Assembly: GCA_036787995.1 (NCBI GenBank)
Contig: DAIQOH010000001.1
Coordinates: forward strand, 40,329 to 104,328
Direction of reading: 5' to 3'
DNA: 64,000 bases
Source: Limnohabitans sp.
GTDB lineage: Bacteria > Pseudomonadota > Gammaproteobacteria > Burkholderiales > Burkholderiaceae_C
A program made the position numbers and the translations under genes. This document shows, in pieces, positions 21,753 through 33,360 of this stretch (within the stretch, counting starts at the first letter, position 1; every line of letters begins with the position of its first letter). A model generated the notes under the pieces. That model was not told the origin of the DNA, ran no database searches, and saw only the letters and a list, made by a program, of their open reading frames with translations.

Positions 21753-22469
21753 TTATTCCGATGCGCTGATGCGCAACAAGGCTTCGCGGTCGCGTACCAC
21801 CAAGCCACCTGGCTCGATGCGCAGGATCTCCTCGCGTTCCATGGCTTTCAACTCTTGGTTGACCCGTTGCCGAGAAGCGCCCAACAGTTGGGCTAATTCT
21901 TCTTGCGCTAAATGCAATCCGATGCGGGTTTCGCTGCCATGGTTCAGAGAGGGTACGCCGTAGCTGCGTGCGAGGTGTAGCAGTTGCTTGGCCAAGCGCG
22001 AGCGCAGGGGCAGGGTGTTGAGATCCTCGACCAAGCCAAACAGCTGGCGTATACGCCGCGCCTGTAAGCGCAGCATGGCGTCGTAAAACTCCACGTGGGC
22101 TGCCAAGATTTTCTGAAAGTCGGCTTTGGCCACGCACAAAATGGTGGTGTCCCCATGGGCGTATACATCGTGGGTGCGGGTATCGCCGTCCAAGATGGCC
22201 ACATCGCCAAACCATATACCTGGCTCCACGTAGGTGAAAGTGATTTGCTTGCCCGACAAGGAGGTGCTGCTCACACGCACCGCGCCTTTGGCACACGCCA
22301 TCCAGTCCTCGGGGGAGTCGCCCCTGGCGGATATCAAATCGCCGTCTTTGAGTCGTTTGACGTAAGCGCATCGCAGTATGTCGTGTCGCAGTGAGGGTGA
22401 AAGTGAGGAGAACCAACGTCCGGCGTTGATGGCCTCGCGTTCTTCTATGGTAAGGATGGGATCTTCCAT
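21753..22469 (-). CDS. Crp/Fnr family transcriptional regulator
   Basis: cNMP-binding fold (PGIWFGDVAILDG..RTHD) plus HTH (QEELAQLLGASRQRVNQELK). Confidence 0.93.
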   Translation of the reverse strand: MEDPILTIEEREAINAGRWFSSLSPSLRHDILRCAYVKRLKDGDLISARGDSPEDWMACAKGAVRVSSTSLSGKQITFTYVEPGIWFGDVAILDGDTRTHDVYAHGDTTILCVAKADFQKILAAHVEFYDAMLRLQARRIRQLFGLVEDLNTLPLRSRLAKQLLHLARSYGVPSLNHGSETRIGLHLAQEELAQLLGASRQRVNQELKAMEREEILRIEPGGLVVRDREALLRISASE

Positions 22470-22532
22470 GGGCTGTCTTGTCGGTGACCTGTGAATGAAA
22501 ATTTGTCGCCGATGAGACCATCAGCGACAAGA

Positions 22533-23315
22533 CTAGGGTTTGTATTGAGGGGTTTGTTTGTCTAAAAAGGCTTGAATCCCAATGCCAGCGTTGACATGGT
22601 TGAGATTTTTTAAGAAATGCTGTTTTTCTGTTTGCAGGTGTGAAAACACATCTTGATCGGCAGCTTGCGCCGTCAGTTCTTTGATACTGGCCAAAGCATT
22701 GGGAGCGCGTTGGTTTAACTGTTGGGCCAAAGCCAAGGCTTGGTGCAAAGCCTCGCCTGGCGGAGCAATTTGGTTGATCAGTCCCGCGTCTGACAAGCGT
22801 TGAGCAGGAATGCGTTCACCCAAAAACATCCATTGGTTGGCCAATGCCCTTGGCAATGCACGGCTTAAAAACCAACTGCCGCCACCATCGGGCGACAAAC
22901 CCACGGAGGTATAGGCCATGACAAACACGCTGTCAGTCGATGCGACCACCATGTCACATGCCAACACCAAGGAAAACCCAGCGCCCGCAGCTGCACCTTC
23001 GACGGCAGCAATGACGGGTTTGGGAAAGGTTCGTATGGCTTCAATCCAGCTGTGCAGTGCATCGATGCCCATGGATTGCTGTTCGGGGGGCAAGTTGCGG
23101 TTGTGGAGAATGCGGTTCAAGTTACCGCCTGCACAAAAATGCTTGCCTTCACCCGTGATGACCACGCTTTGTACGTCGGGATTGGTTTCCGCCACATTCA
23201 ATGCTTCAACGCCGGCACTGTACATGGCTGGATCAAGCGCATTGCGGTGCTCAGGGTTGGAAATGGTCAATACCAGTGTTTGGCCTTGGCTGTGACTTTT
23301 CAGTTGTGCGGTCAT
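22533..23315 (-). CDS. Enoyl-CoA hydratase family (oxepin-CoA hydrolase alternative-type-like)
   Basis: RNALDP, FCAGGNL, KPVIAAVEGAAAGAGFSL, GLSPDGG. Confidence 0.85.
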   Translation of the reverse strand: MTAQLKSHSQGQTLVLTISNPEHRNALDPAMYSAGVEALNVAETNPDVQSVVITGEGKHFCAGGNLNRILHNRNLPPEQQSMGIDALHSWIEAIRTFPKPVIAAVEGAAAGAGFSLVLACDMVVASTDSVFVMAYTSVGLSPDGGGSWFLSRALPRALANQWMFLGERIPAQRLSDAGLINQIAPPGEALHQALALAQQLNQRAPNALASIKELTAQAADQDVFSHLQTEKQHFLKNLNHVNAGIGIQAFLDKQTPQYKP

Positions 23316-23318
23316 GGT

Positions 23319-24839
23319 TCAGTTGGGAAGGTGACGTAAGCTCAACCCCAATGCGCCACGCCTGCGAAGCCAAGGACTGGGGCGGTAACGGGGGTCACCG
23401 TACACCGTTTGTAGGTTAAATAACACTTCAAGCAGATTGTCAGCGCCAAGCCGATCACCCAAAGCCAGAGGCCCCATGGGATAGCCCAAGCCCAGCGTCA
23501 CGGCGGTATCCAAGTCGGCAGGGCTGCAAATACCTTGTTGACACATATCGCTGGCAATGTTGACGATGGTAGCCACCACGCGCTGAGTCACAAAACCACC
23601 ACTGTCTTGTATGACACTGACCGCTTTGCCGTCGCTGGCCATGAGCACATGGGCAGCGTCACGCATATCACTGCGTGTGGCTGGGTTGGTGGCCAAAACC
23701 CGGCGTTGGGTGGCATCGTCTGGCATCAACATATCGATGCCTAAAGTGCGAGCAGGGTCCAAGCGCTCCACAATGGCACAGGTAGTGACATCAAAGCCCA
23801 AAGGTGCAACCCAACATAGGGCTTGGTTGGACGGGGCAGCGCCAGTTTCGATGACGGCGCCAAGGTTTTTCAACAGTTGCAGCAATTCAGCGCGGCGGGC
23901 CGCACGCGCTGAGACCCATACCGGTGGATGGAGGGTACTGATCGGTGGCTTAATGTCAGAAGGGAGGTCGGGTTTGCCGTCGGCGTAGCGATAAAAACCT
24001 TGGCTGGTTTTGCGCCCCAACCATCCGCCCGCTAACCGCTGTGCAGTGATCACACTGGGTCGGTAGCGCGGCTCTTCAAAATACTGGTGGTAAATGGATT
24101 CCATCACCGGATGAGAAACATCCAATGCGGTCAAGTCCATCAATTCAAAAGGCCCCAACTTGAAGCCTACCTGGTCACGCAGGATACGGTCTATGGTGAC
24201 AAAGTCTGCGACGCCTTCGCCAACAATACGCAATGCTTCGGTGCCATAACCGCGTCCCGCATGGTTAACAATGAAGCCCGGCGTGTCTTGCGCCAGTACG
24301 GCTTGGTGCCCCATGGTGAGCGCATAGGCTTTCAGTTTTTCACACACCTCAGGGGCGGTAGCAAGTCCAGGTACCACTTCCACCACTTTCATCAGCGGCA
24401 CAGGATTGAAAAAATGCAAACCTGCAAAGCGCTCAGGGCGCTTCAATCCCGCAGCCAAAGCGGTGATGGACAAAGAAGACGTGTTACTGGCCAAAATGGC
24501 GTCAGCTTTAAGAACATCCCAGAGTTGCGAGAACAAGTCTCGTTTGATTTGGGCATTTTCAACAATGGCTTCAACCACCAAATCACAAGCCGATAAGTCA
24601 TGCAAGCTGTCAACAGTCTTCAAAGCAGATAAATATGCTTGGTGTTGTTCCGCAGTGATGCGTTGCTTGTCGAGCATTTTTTGCCATTGGCCCGCAATGG
24701 ATCTCAGCGCTTGTGTCACCCGTTCGCTAGATGCGTCGTACAACAAAACCTGGCTGCCTGCTTGCGCGGCCATTTGGGCTATGCCTTGACCCATTGCGCC
24801 AGTGCCGCAAATGCCCACCTTTGAAAATAAAGAATTCAT
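23319..24839 (-). CDS. 3-hydroxyacyl-CoA dehydrogenase (PaaH-like)
   Basis: GTGAMGQGIA, EAIVE, ASNTSSLSI, GLHFFNPVPLM, DTPGFIVN; duplicated C-terminal domain. Confidence 0.92.
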   Translation of the reverse strand: MNSLFSKVGICGTGAMGQGIAQMAAQAGSQVLLYDASSERVTQALRSIAGQWQKMLDKQRITAEQHQAYLSALKTVDSLHDLSACDLVVEAIVENAQIKRDLFSQLWDVLKADAILASNTSSLSITALAAGLKRPERFAGLHFFNPVPLMKVVEVVPGLATAPEVCEKLKAYALTMGHQAVLAQDTPGFIVNHAGRGYGTEALRIVGEGVADFVTIDRILRDQVGFKLGPFELMDLTALDVSHPVMESIYHQYFEEPRYRPSVITAQRLAGGWLGRKTSQGFYRYADGKPDLPSDIKPPISTLHPPVWVSARAARRAELLQLLKNLGAVIETGAAPSNQALCWVAPLGFDVTTCAIVERLDPARTLGIDMLMPDDATQRRVLATNPATRSDMRDAAHVLMASDGKAVSVIQDSGGFVTQRVVATIVNIASDMCQQGICSPADLDTAVTLGLGYPMGPLALGDRLGADNLLEVLFNLQTVYGDPRYRPSPWLRRRGALGLSLRHLPN

Positions 24840-24953
24840 AGGTCTGCATTATCTCTGTCCAGTGACAAGCGCAGTTTCTGAGGATGCGACACGGGTTCGC
24901 TGGGGTCAATGTGACAGAATCGGCTGACTTTCGATTCCAACAAGGGGCTTGCC

Positions 24954-25616
24954 ATGTCATTGAAATTGTGCGGTTTTGCTGTCAGTAACTATTACAACAA
25001 AATCAAATTGCAGTTGCTGGTCAAAGGCATTGCATTTGAAGAAGAGTTGGTTTGGACGGGCAACAGCCACCCCAAATTGATAAACCGCTCACCCATGGGT
25101 AAAGTGCCCTTCATTGAAACGCCTCAGGGTTGCTTGAGCGAATCCATGGCGATTGCCGAATACATTGAACAAGCCTACCCAGAACATCCCTTGTTGCCTA
25201 AAGATCCTATGCAAGCGGCTAAAGTTCGCGAATTGATTGTTTACTCGGAATTGCATATCGAGTTGGTGGTACGAGAGTTGTATGGCCAAGCGTTTTTTGG
25301 TGGCCAAGTCAGTGAAGGTACCAAGGAACGTGTACGGAAAAATTTAAGCAAAGGCATTGCAGGTTTTGCAAAGTTGGCCCAATTTTCCCCTTACGTGGCG
25401 GGAGACAGCTTGACTTTGGCCGATTGTGCTGTGGCCTTTCATTTACCAATTGCAGTCAACGCCTGCAAATTGGTACTTGCTGAAGATTTGTTGGCAGAGT
25501 TGCCAGTCAAGGCTTACGGGCAAACCATGGCAGAAAACCCGCACATGCAAAAAGTGCTGGCTGACCGCAAAGAAAACGCAGCTTTGATGGCCAGCCTTAC
25601 CGCAAAGAAAGCCTGA
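24954..25616 (+). CDS. Glutathione S-transferase
   Basis: SNYYNK, SPMGKVPF, LSESMAIAEY, LTLAD. Confidence 0.9.
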   Translation: MSLKLCGFAVSNYYNKIKLQLLVKGIAFEEELVWTGNSHPKLINRSPMGKVPFIETPQGCLSESMAIAEYIEQAYPEHPLLPKDPMQAAKVRELIVYSELHIELVVRELYGQAFFGGQVSEGTKERVRKNLSKGIAGFAKLAQFSPYVAGDSLTLADCAVAFHLPIAVNACKLVLAEDLLAELPVKAYGQTMAENPHMQKVLADRKENAALMASLTAKKA

Positions 25617-25622
25617 AATTTT

Positions 25623-25898
25623 TCAGCGCAGCGATTTGCTTGCTTCTAGGTGGACCAAGCGATCGAGTTCAGCGCAAATATCGGCCATGCGCCCGGACAT
25701 GACCATGCGCCCTGCGCTGCTGGGTGAGACATGGCCATCTTCCGCGACGCGCACCACTCGCAAAGGCTTGTTAGGCGCGGACAACACAGCGGGGGCAGTA
25801 GGTCTGGGCATATGGGGCTGGTTGGCAGGCCACAGAGCGTGGTAAGCGGCGTCTAGTCGTTGAAAAACCTGGTGTGTGCTGATGAGTGCAATGTTCAT
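25623..25898 (-). CDS. Small hypothetical protein directly downstream of lexA
   Basis: 91-aa ORF with SD context GGAGCCACCATG identical to that of lexA; 17 nt after the lexA stop. Confidence 0.75.
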   Translation of the reverse strand: MNIALISTHQVFQRLDAAYHALWPANQPHMPRPTAPAVLSAPNKPLRVVRVAEDGHVSPSSAGRMVMSGRMADICAELDRLVHLEASKSLR

Positions 25899-25915
25899 GG
25901 TGGCTCCCAATGGGT

Positions 25916-26581
25916 TTAAAACTGGTGACGAATAAGACCAACGGCCAAGCCTTCGATATGAAAGCTATCGCCAGGGCTGACGTGGATGGTGGAAAAATCG
26001 GGGTTTTCAGGATGCAGTTGAATACCTGATGCGGTTTTTTCAAAACGTTTGACAGTGACTTCCTCCCCCAAACGTGCCACCACGATTTGCCCGTTGCGAG
26101 CATCGGATGTGGACTTGACTGCGAGGAGATCGCCATCGAGGATGCCAATGTCACGCATCGACAAGCCTCTGACTTTGAGCAGGTAATCTGGGGTTTGGGA
26201 AAACAATGCGCTTTGAACAGCGTAACTTTGCTCAATGTGCTCTTGCGCCAATATGGGTGAACCAGCTGCAACCCGCCCAACGAGTGGCAATACCAGCTGG
26301 CCCAAGCCTGGTAAAGATAACGAGTAGGGACTACGGGTCGGCTCGGTGCGGGGCGTGTCATCTGGATTTTTCAGACGTATACCCCGCGAAGTGCCGCTCA
26401 CCAATTGGATATAGCCTTTGCGTGCCAATGCCTGCAAATGCTCTTCGGCTGCGTTGGCTGACTTGAAACCCAGCTCTTTGGCAATTTCAGCGCGCGTAGG
26501 TGGCGCTCCGGTTTGGCGGATAGCGGTTTCTATCAAGGACAGAATTTGCTGCTGGCGGGCGGTGAGCTTGCTGGGTTCCAT
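25916..26581 (-). CDS. lexA: SOS repressor LexA
   Basis: [31 protein letters not shown] (Ala-Gly cleavage site), GLSM, EVTVKR. Confidence 0.97.
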   Translation of the reverse strand: MEPSKLTARQQQILSLIETAIRQTGAPPTRAEIAKELGFKSANAAEEHLQALARKGYIQLVSGTSRGIRLKNPDDTPRTEPTRSPYSLSLPGLGQLVLPLVGRVAAGSPILAQEHIEQSYAVQSALFSQTPDYLLKVRGLSMRDIGILDGDLLAVKSTSDARNGQIVVARLGEEVTVKRFEKTASGIQLHPENPDFSTIHVSPGDSFHIEGLAVGLIRHQF

Positions 26582-26631
26582 GGTGGCTCCTGATGTGGGT
26601 GAAAATGGACGAGTCTGTTAGCGCAAATACA

Positions 26632-26666
26632 CTGTTTGGATATCCAGTAACTGTATTTTTAACCAG
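26632..26666. promoter_or_regulatory. Two tandem SOS boxes (LexA operators)
   Basis: CTGTttggatatCCAG (26632-26647) and CTGTatttttaaCCAG (26651-26666) match CTGT-N8-(A/C)CAG, upstream of lexA. Confidence 0.9.
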
Positions 26667-26686
26667 TTTTTCATTTTTCACAAGCC

Positions 26687-28368
<1,682 letters not shown>

Positions 28369-28402
28369 TCAGAGAATAACACGCACAGCTTGCGCTGGAC
28401 TG

Positions 28403-29164
28403 TCATTTTTGCTGCGCAAACAAGCGGCGAACACGCTCTAAATCTTCTGGGGTGTCCACGCCTGCTGCACTGGCCAAATGCGATACATGAACGGCAATCC
28501 GGTAACCATGCCATAGCACCCGCAATTGCTCCAATGCCTCGGCCTGTTCAGCGGGCGCCGCCGTCAATGTGGGATAAATTTTCAAAAAACCGCACCGGTA
28601 AGCATACAAACCCACATGGCGAAAAACAGGGTAGGGCGGGAGTTCAAGGGTGTTGCCACCACGATGGTGGGGAATACTGGCCCGACTGAAATACATGGCT
28701 TGGGACTGCGCATTCATGACCACTTTCACGCAATGGGGGCTCTGCCATTCTTCCAAGGAGGTGATGGGGTCTGCCAAGGTACTCATGCTGCATGACGATT
28801 GCTCAAGCAGTAAATGGGCTACCGCATTGATGTTGAGCGGGTCTATCAGCGGCTCGTCACCTTGGACGTTCACCACGATCTCGTTGTTGGCCAAAGACAA
28901 GCCTTCAGCCGCTTCAGCCAAACGGTCGCTCCCACTGGGGTGATCGGCACGGGTCATCACAGCTTTCACGCCGTAATTCGCGCAAGCTTGCATGATTTCT
29001 TCACTATCGGTCGCGACCACCACTTGCCTCGCTTGAGAGAGCTGAGCGCGCTGCGCAACCCTCACCACCATAGGGATACCAGCTAAATCTGCCAGGGGTT
29101 TTTTAGGAAGGCGAGTGGCTGACAACCGCGCAGGAATCAGCACCACAAAAGACGGGGCACTCAA
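28403..29164 (-). CDS. kdsB: 3-deoxy-manno-octulosonate cytidylyltransferase
   Basis: [46 protein letters not shown]. Confidence 0.96.
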   Translation of the reverse strand: MSAPSFVVLIPARLSATRLPKKPLADLAGIPMVVRVAQRAQLSQARQVVVATDSEEIMQACANYGVKAVMTRADHPSGSDRLAEAAEGLSLANNEIVVNVQGDEPLIDPLNINAVAHLLLEQSSCSMSTLADPITSLEEWQSPHCVKVVMNAQSQAMYFSRASIPHHRGGNTLELPPYPVFRHVGLYAYRCGFLKIYPTLTAAPAEQAEALEQLRVLWHGYRIAVHVSHLASAAGVDTPEDLERVRRLFAQQK

Positions 29165-29347
29165 TCAGCGTTCCAATTCTTCGTCAGTCAATGTGCGAGC
29201 TTCCATCTCCAGCAAAACTGGAATGCCATCGCGTATGGGATAGGCCAAACGGGCGCTTCGAGAAAGCAATTCAGCTTTATCGCGGTTGTATTCAAGAGGG
29301 CCTTTGGTGACTGGGCAGACCAGCAGTTCAAGCAATTTGTTGTCCAT
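29165..29347 (-). CDS. Trm112/YcaR family protein
   Basis: [18 protein letters not shown]...[12 protein letters not shown], between lpxK and kdsB. Confidence 0.93.
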   Translation of the reverse strand: MDNKLLELLVCPVTKGPLEYNRDKAELLSRSARLAYPIRDGIPVLLEMEARTLTDEELER

Positions 29348-30341
29348 GGCTGGATGATAGTCGTTGCAATTGGGGGAGTAATTGGCGCCAAAAAACCTCC
29401 GGTAATTCGCAGCTAAGCGGTACCGCCCACACATCTGGGTGTTGGGGCCAGAGCTTGACGGCATCTTTCTCTGTACATATGAGATCGTTATCTGACGCCG
29501 GTTGCCAACCAACCAAACCGTCATGGTCAGCAAAAATGTCTTGTCTGGCCAGTGTCAACCCTAGGCTTTGCAGTGCCGAGAAAAATGCCAAAGGTTGGGC
29601 AATGGCGGCCAAGGCGTCCACTGACTTGCCAGCCCAATATTGCAAATTGCGTTGTTCGCCGCGACCATTCACCGCAAAACCAGCCAGTTGACGCTGCGCT
29701 GCAATGCTGTCCGCGAAGGCTAGGCTTCCCGTATGTACATTGAGCTGGACAACACCTTTTTTCATTGACCTGGGCCAAGTTTCTCGCAAGGGGCCCGCAG
29801 GAAGTAACCAACCATTACCCAAGCCTCTGTCATCAAACACGCAGACCGCAATATCGTGGTGCAAAGCACGGTGTTGCAAACCATCGTCGCTGAGAATCAT
29901 TTGAGTCTGGGGGTAGGTTTCTAGCAAGGACAAAGCCGCATTTGCCCGTTGCTTGCCAGCAAACACAGGCAAACCCAGACGCATTTTCAATAGCAGGGCT
30001 TCATCACCCACCACGGAGGCGGGGCTTTGCAGATGGACCTCGGTGCAACCCCTGAGTTGACCACCATGACCGCGGGCAATCACACCGACACGCCATCCCA
30101 GTTGGGTGAGGCGTTCAGCTAAATGGATCACGATAGGCGTTTTGCCGGTCCCCCCAACCATGATGTTGCCAACCACCAGCACGGGCACAGGCAGTTGGGT
30201 GGCGGCTTTCCAGCCCAATTGGTAGGCTTTGTTTTGAAGCCAGAGGTAGCCGTGACTGAAAAAGGTTAAGGGAAGTAAGACCCAAGACAAGGTATTTGGC
30301 TTAGCCCAAGCATTTGACAAAACCTCACTGAGTCTGGGCAT
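29328..30341 (-). CDS. lpxK: Tetraacyldisaccharide 4'-kinase
   Basis: [47 protein letters not shown]. Confidence 0.95.
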   Translation of the reverse strand: MPRLSEVLSNAWAKPNTLSWVLLPLTFFSHGYLWLQNKAYQLGWKAATQLPVPVLVVGNIMVGGTGKTPIVIHLAERLTQLGWRVGVIARGHGGQLRGCTEVHLQSPASVVGDEALLLKMRLGLPVFAGKQRANAALSLLETYPQTQMILSDDGLQHRALHHDIAVCVFDDRGLGNGWLLPAGPLRETWPRSMKKGVVQLNVHTGSLAFADSIAAQRQLAGFAVNGRGEQRNLQYWAGKSVDALAAIAQPLAFFSALQSLGLTLARQDIFADHDGLVGWQPASDNDLICTEKDAVKLWPQHPDVWAVPLSCELPEVFWRQLLPQLQRLSSSHGQQIA

Positions 30342-30348
30342 GACTGCC

Positions 30349-30780
30349 TTAGGGGAGGACAGTTGTTTGCGAGCGGCTTTGGGCGGTGAAAGTCACTTGT
30401 TGCAAGCCGGCGTTTTGCGCTGCCTCCAAAACCTGAATGACCGATTGGTGGCTGGCGCGTGCGTCGGCACTGATGACCACCAGGGGGTTGGCAGTCTCTT
30501 TAGCCGCCGCAGCCAAAGCCAAACCAATTGCTTGAATGTCATTGCCTTCAAGCGATTTTTTTTGCACCACGTAATGACCATCACTGCTGACCAGAACCCG
30601 GATTTCATTGGGTTTTTCTTGCTGTGGAGTTGCGTCGGCGTTGGGGAGTTTCAAGTCAATTTGGGTCAAACGTCCATAAGTAGTGGACAGCATCAAAAAA
30701 ATCAATACGACCAGTAAAACGTCAATAAAAGGAATCAAATTGATTTCAGGCTCGTCGGCACGTCGGCGTCCAAATTTCAT
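30349..30780 (-). CDS. ExbD/TolR family protein
   Basis: EINLIPFIDVLLVVLIFLM. Confidence 0.92.
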   Translation of the reverse strand: MKFGRRRADEPEINLIPFIDVLLVVLIFLMLSTTYGRLTQIDLKLPNADATPQQEKPNEIRVLVSSDGHYVVQKKSLEGNDIQAIGLALAAAAKETANPLVVISADARASHQSVIQVLEAAQNAGLQQVTFTAQSRSQTTVLP

Positions 30781-30788
30781 GGGTTGCC

Positions 30789-31406
30789 TTAACTGCGTTG
30801 GTTAAAAAAATGGTGAACCATTCTCTCGGCAGCAATTTCCAATTCCACAACGAAATGGTCTACACGAGCTCTTAAATAACGCCAAGCTACCAAACTTGGA
30901 ATCGCAATCACCAAACCAAAAGCTGTGTTGTAAAGCGCCACTGAAATGCCATGGGCAAGTTGGGCTGGGTTACCAGCGCCAGGCGTTTGCGATCCAAAAA
31001 TTTCAATCATGCCAATAACGGTGCCAAACAAACCCAATAAGGGGGCTACGGAGGCAATTGAACCCAAAGTGCTGAGGTAACGCTCCAATTTAGCGGCAAC
31101 GCGACGCCCACTGGCTTGGAGTTCACTGACAAAGGCTTCTTTGCTGCAAAGGGGTTGTGATTTCAGTAAAAGCAATCCCGCGCTGATGACTTCGCCTAAG
31201 GCTGAAGTGGATTGAATATGTTCAATCGATTCAGGCTTGGGCAAGCTTTTTTGAGAAATCGATAAAACATCATCCAAAAGAGTGGGGGGTAAGACAACGT
31301 TGTCGCGAAGGTTGTACAAGCGCTCAATGATCAAAGCCAATGCAACAACCGAACACATTAACAAAGGCCAAATAGGCCAGCCAGCGGCTTGTATGATTCC
31401 GAACAA
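30789..31406 (-). CDS. MotA/TolQ/ExbB proton channel family protein
   Basis: APLLGLFGTVIGMI, GISVALYNTAFGL. Confidence 0.92.
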   Translation of the reverse strand: MFGIIQAAGWPIWPLLMCSVVALALIIERLYNLRDNVVLPPTLLDDVLSISQKSLPKPESIEHIQSTSALGEVISAGLLLLKSQPLCSKEAFVSELQASGRRVAAKLERYLSTLGSIASVAPLLGLFGTVIGMIEIFGSQTPGAGNPAQLAHGISVALYNTAFGLVIAIPSLVAWRYLRARVDHFVVELEIAAERMVHHFFNQRS

Positions 31407-31497
31407 AAGCGTCTCCCCAAATGTCGTTTGCGATTATCGCCCAGCTTGTCATTTTCTCTACTAACCCTGTCTTGCACCCCACCTGATCGCCGCTCGC

Positions 31498-32775
31498 ATG
31501 TCAAACGATAGCCTTGTTTCGCAGATTTGGTCGGTCACGGCTTTAAACAAAGCCATTGCTGATAGCTTGAAATCACGATTCAGCATGGTCACGGTTCAAG
31601 CTGAAATTTCCGGCTTTACCAAGGCGGGCAGCGGGCATTGTTATTTCAATCTCAAAGACGCTGGCGCACAAATACGTTGCGCGTTGTTTCGTCGAACGGT
31701 CGAGCAGCTGAATTTTTCACCACGCGACGGTCAATTGGTTCAAGTACAGGCCAGGGTTGCGGTTTATGAGTCAAGAGGTGAAATGCAGTTGGTCGTGGAA
31801 GCCATGCGTCCAGCCGGGGCAGGTCAATTGCATGAAGCTTTTTTGCAACTCAAATCCAAATTGCAAGCCCAAGGCTTGTTCGAGCAAGACCGTAAGCGCG
31901 AGATTCCACTAAATCCTGGCTGCATTGGGGTGGTGACTTCTTTGGCAGCAGCTGCTTTGCATGATGTTGTTACTGCATTGACCCGTCGGGTACCTCACAT
32001 TCCCATCATTATTTCTCCAAGCCCTGTACAAGGTGTGGATGCGCCCGCAAGCTTGGTTCAAGCTCTCCAAGCCCTGGCTACCCGACCGGAAGTCCAAGTG
32101 ATTCTTTTGGTTCGAGGTGGTGGATCTCTGGAAGACTTATGGGCTTTCAATGATGAGGCCTTGGCTCATGCCATAGTGAACAGTCCCGTGCCCATCATCT
32201 CTGGCGTGGGTCACGAAACGGATTTCACCATTGCGGATTTTTGTGCGGATTTGCGGGCGCCCACGCCTACTGCTGCGGCAGAGTTGTGTGCCACAACCCG
32301 CGACAGTTTGTGGCTGGATTTGCAATCATTGGCCTCCGTTTTAAATACCCAAATAATTCAACACATTGATGACCGCGCCCAGCGCTTGGACCGCGTACAG
32401 GCTGTCTTGGCACGGCCTTCAACTTGGGCGCACAAGCAGCAGCATGGTTTGTCGGTACTCTCTTCACGGTTAGGTAGAGCAGCCCAACAAGTTCTTAACC
32501 GCCAAGCCATGACATTGCAGCCCAAGTCATTGCGGCTTGGGCGCGCTGTCCATGACTGGCCTGCCAAAATGCAAGAAAGGTTATCGCGTGCGGCTTTGCT
32601 ATTGGGGTCCATGGATCCCGCTCTGGTATTGCAACGGGGGTATGCATGGCTAGAAAACGCCCAGGGCCAAGCCATTGCTTCGGTTAACGAAATGGAAAAT
32701 GGCCAAGTCGTTCAGGCACGTTTAGCCGATGGCTCAGCCGATTTGCAGGTGCTACAAATCCGTCAACTGCCATGA
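31498..32775 (+). CDS. xseA: Exodeoxyribonuclease VII large subunit
   Basis: SGHCYFNLKD, RGGGSLEDLWAFNDE, GVGHETDFTIADF, RAPTPTAAAE. Confidence 0.96.
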   Translation: MSNDSLVSQIWSVTALNKAIADSLKSRFSMVTVQAEISGFTKAGSGHCYFNLKDAGAQIRCALFRRTVEQLNFSPRDGQLVQVQARVAVYESRGEMQLVVEAMRPAGAGQLHEAFLQLKSKLQAQGLFEQDRKREIPLNPGCIGVVTSLAAAALHDVVTALTRRVPHIPIIISPSPVQGVDAPASLVQALQALATRPEVQVILLVRGGGSLEDLWAFNDEALAHAIVNSPVPIISGVGHETDFTIADFCADLRAPTPTAAAELCATTRDSLWLDLQSLASVLNTQIIQHIDDRAQRLDRVQAVLARPSTWAHKQQHGLSVLSSRLGRAAQQVLNRQAMTLQPKSLRLGRAVHDWPAKMQERLSRAALLLGSMDPALVLQRGYAWLENAQGQAIASVNEMENGQVVQARLADGSADLQVLQIRQLP

Positions 32776-32782
32776 AATCCAA

Positions 32783-33280
32783 TTATTTGCCAACAAAAAT
32801 GGACGCTTTAAGTTTGTAGCCTTTGCCTATTTTCTTTTTCTCAAACCAGCCTTGGTGCATTTCCAAAACAAAACGAACGGGTTTGTCTGAGCAATGCGAA
32901 TCAGTGGTTTGGGGCTGCATATCTACCAAATTCACAATCTCGCCGTTGTCGGCTATGAAGGCAGCCGTCAAAGGTAGCAGGGTGTTTTTCATCCAAAAAC
33001 ACTGTGTTTGCGGTTCTTCAAAAATGAAAAGCATGCCTTCATGGGTTGCCATGTCTTTGCGGTTCATCAGGCCTATTTGTCTTTGCCCAGGCGTGGTCGC
33101 CAGTTGGGCGTCTATTTGATACATGCCTGCTTGGATGAGGGTTCTTGGTAAACCTGTTTGTGGTTCTTGGGCCCAAGTGCCCGCCGCCATTGCCATGAGC
33201 ATGACAGACAGAACGGTACGCTCTAGCCAAAGCCTGAGGCGGGGTATGAGGAAAACAGTAAGTTTGTTCATGGTCTGCAT
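32783..33280 (-). CDS. DUF192 family protein
   Basis: GLMNR, GMLFIF, FWMKNTLLPL, VLEM; start uncertain. Confidence 0.88.
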   Translation of the reverse strand: MQTMNKLTVFLIPRLRLWLERTVLSVMLMAMAAGTWAQEPQTGLPRTLIQAGMYQIDAQLATTPGQRQIGLMNRKDMATHEGMLFIFEEPQTQCFWMKNTLLPLTAAFIADNGEIVNLVDMQPQTTDSHCSDKPVRFVLEMHQGWFEKKKIGKGYKLKASIFVGK

Positions 33281-33360
33281 GGTTAGAATGATTTCAAGTT
33301 TTATCCACTGACCAGCGGCGAACGGCTGCCGCTGGTTGTTCACTTTCTGGAGACATTCTC

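Noticed and set aside
21745..22530. 261-aa alternative-frame ORF over the Crp/Fnr gene
   Set aside because: Same-strand off-frame ORF with Arg-rich, non-protein-like composition.
30349..31406. The missing tolQ/tolR of the tol-pal locus
   Set aside because: This pair sits in the usual position upstream of lpxK-ycaR-kdsB and has no tolA; treated as a separate ExbB/ExbD-like pair.
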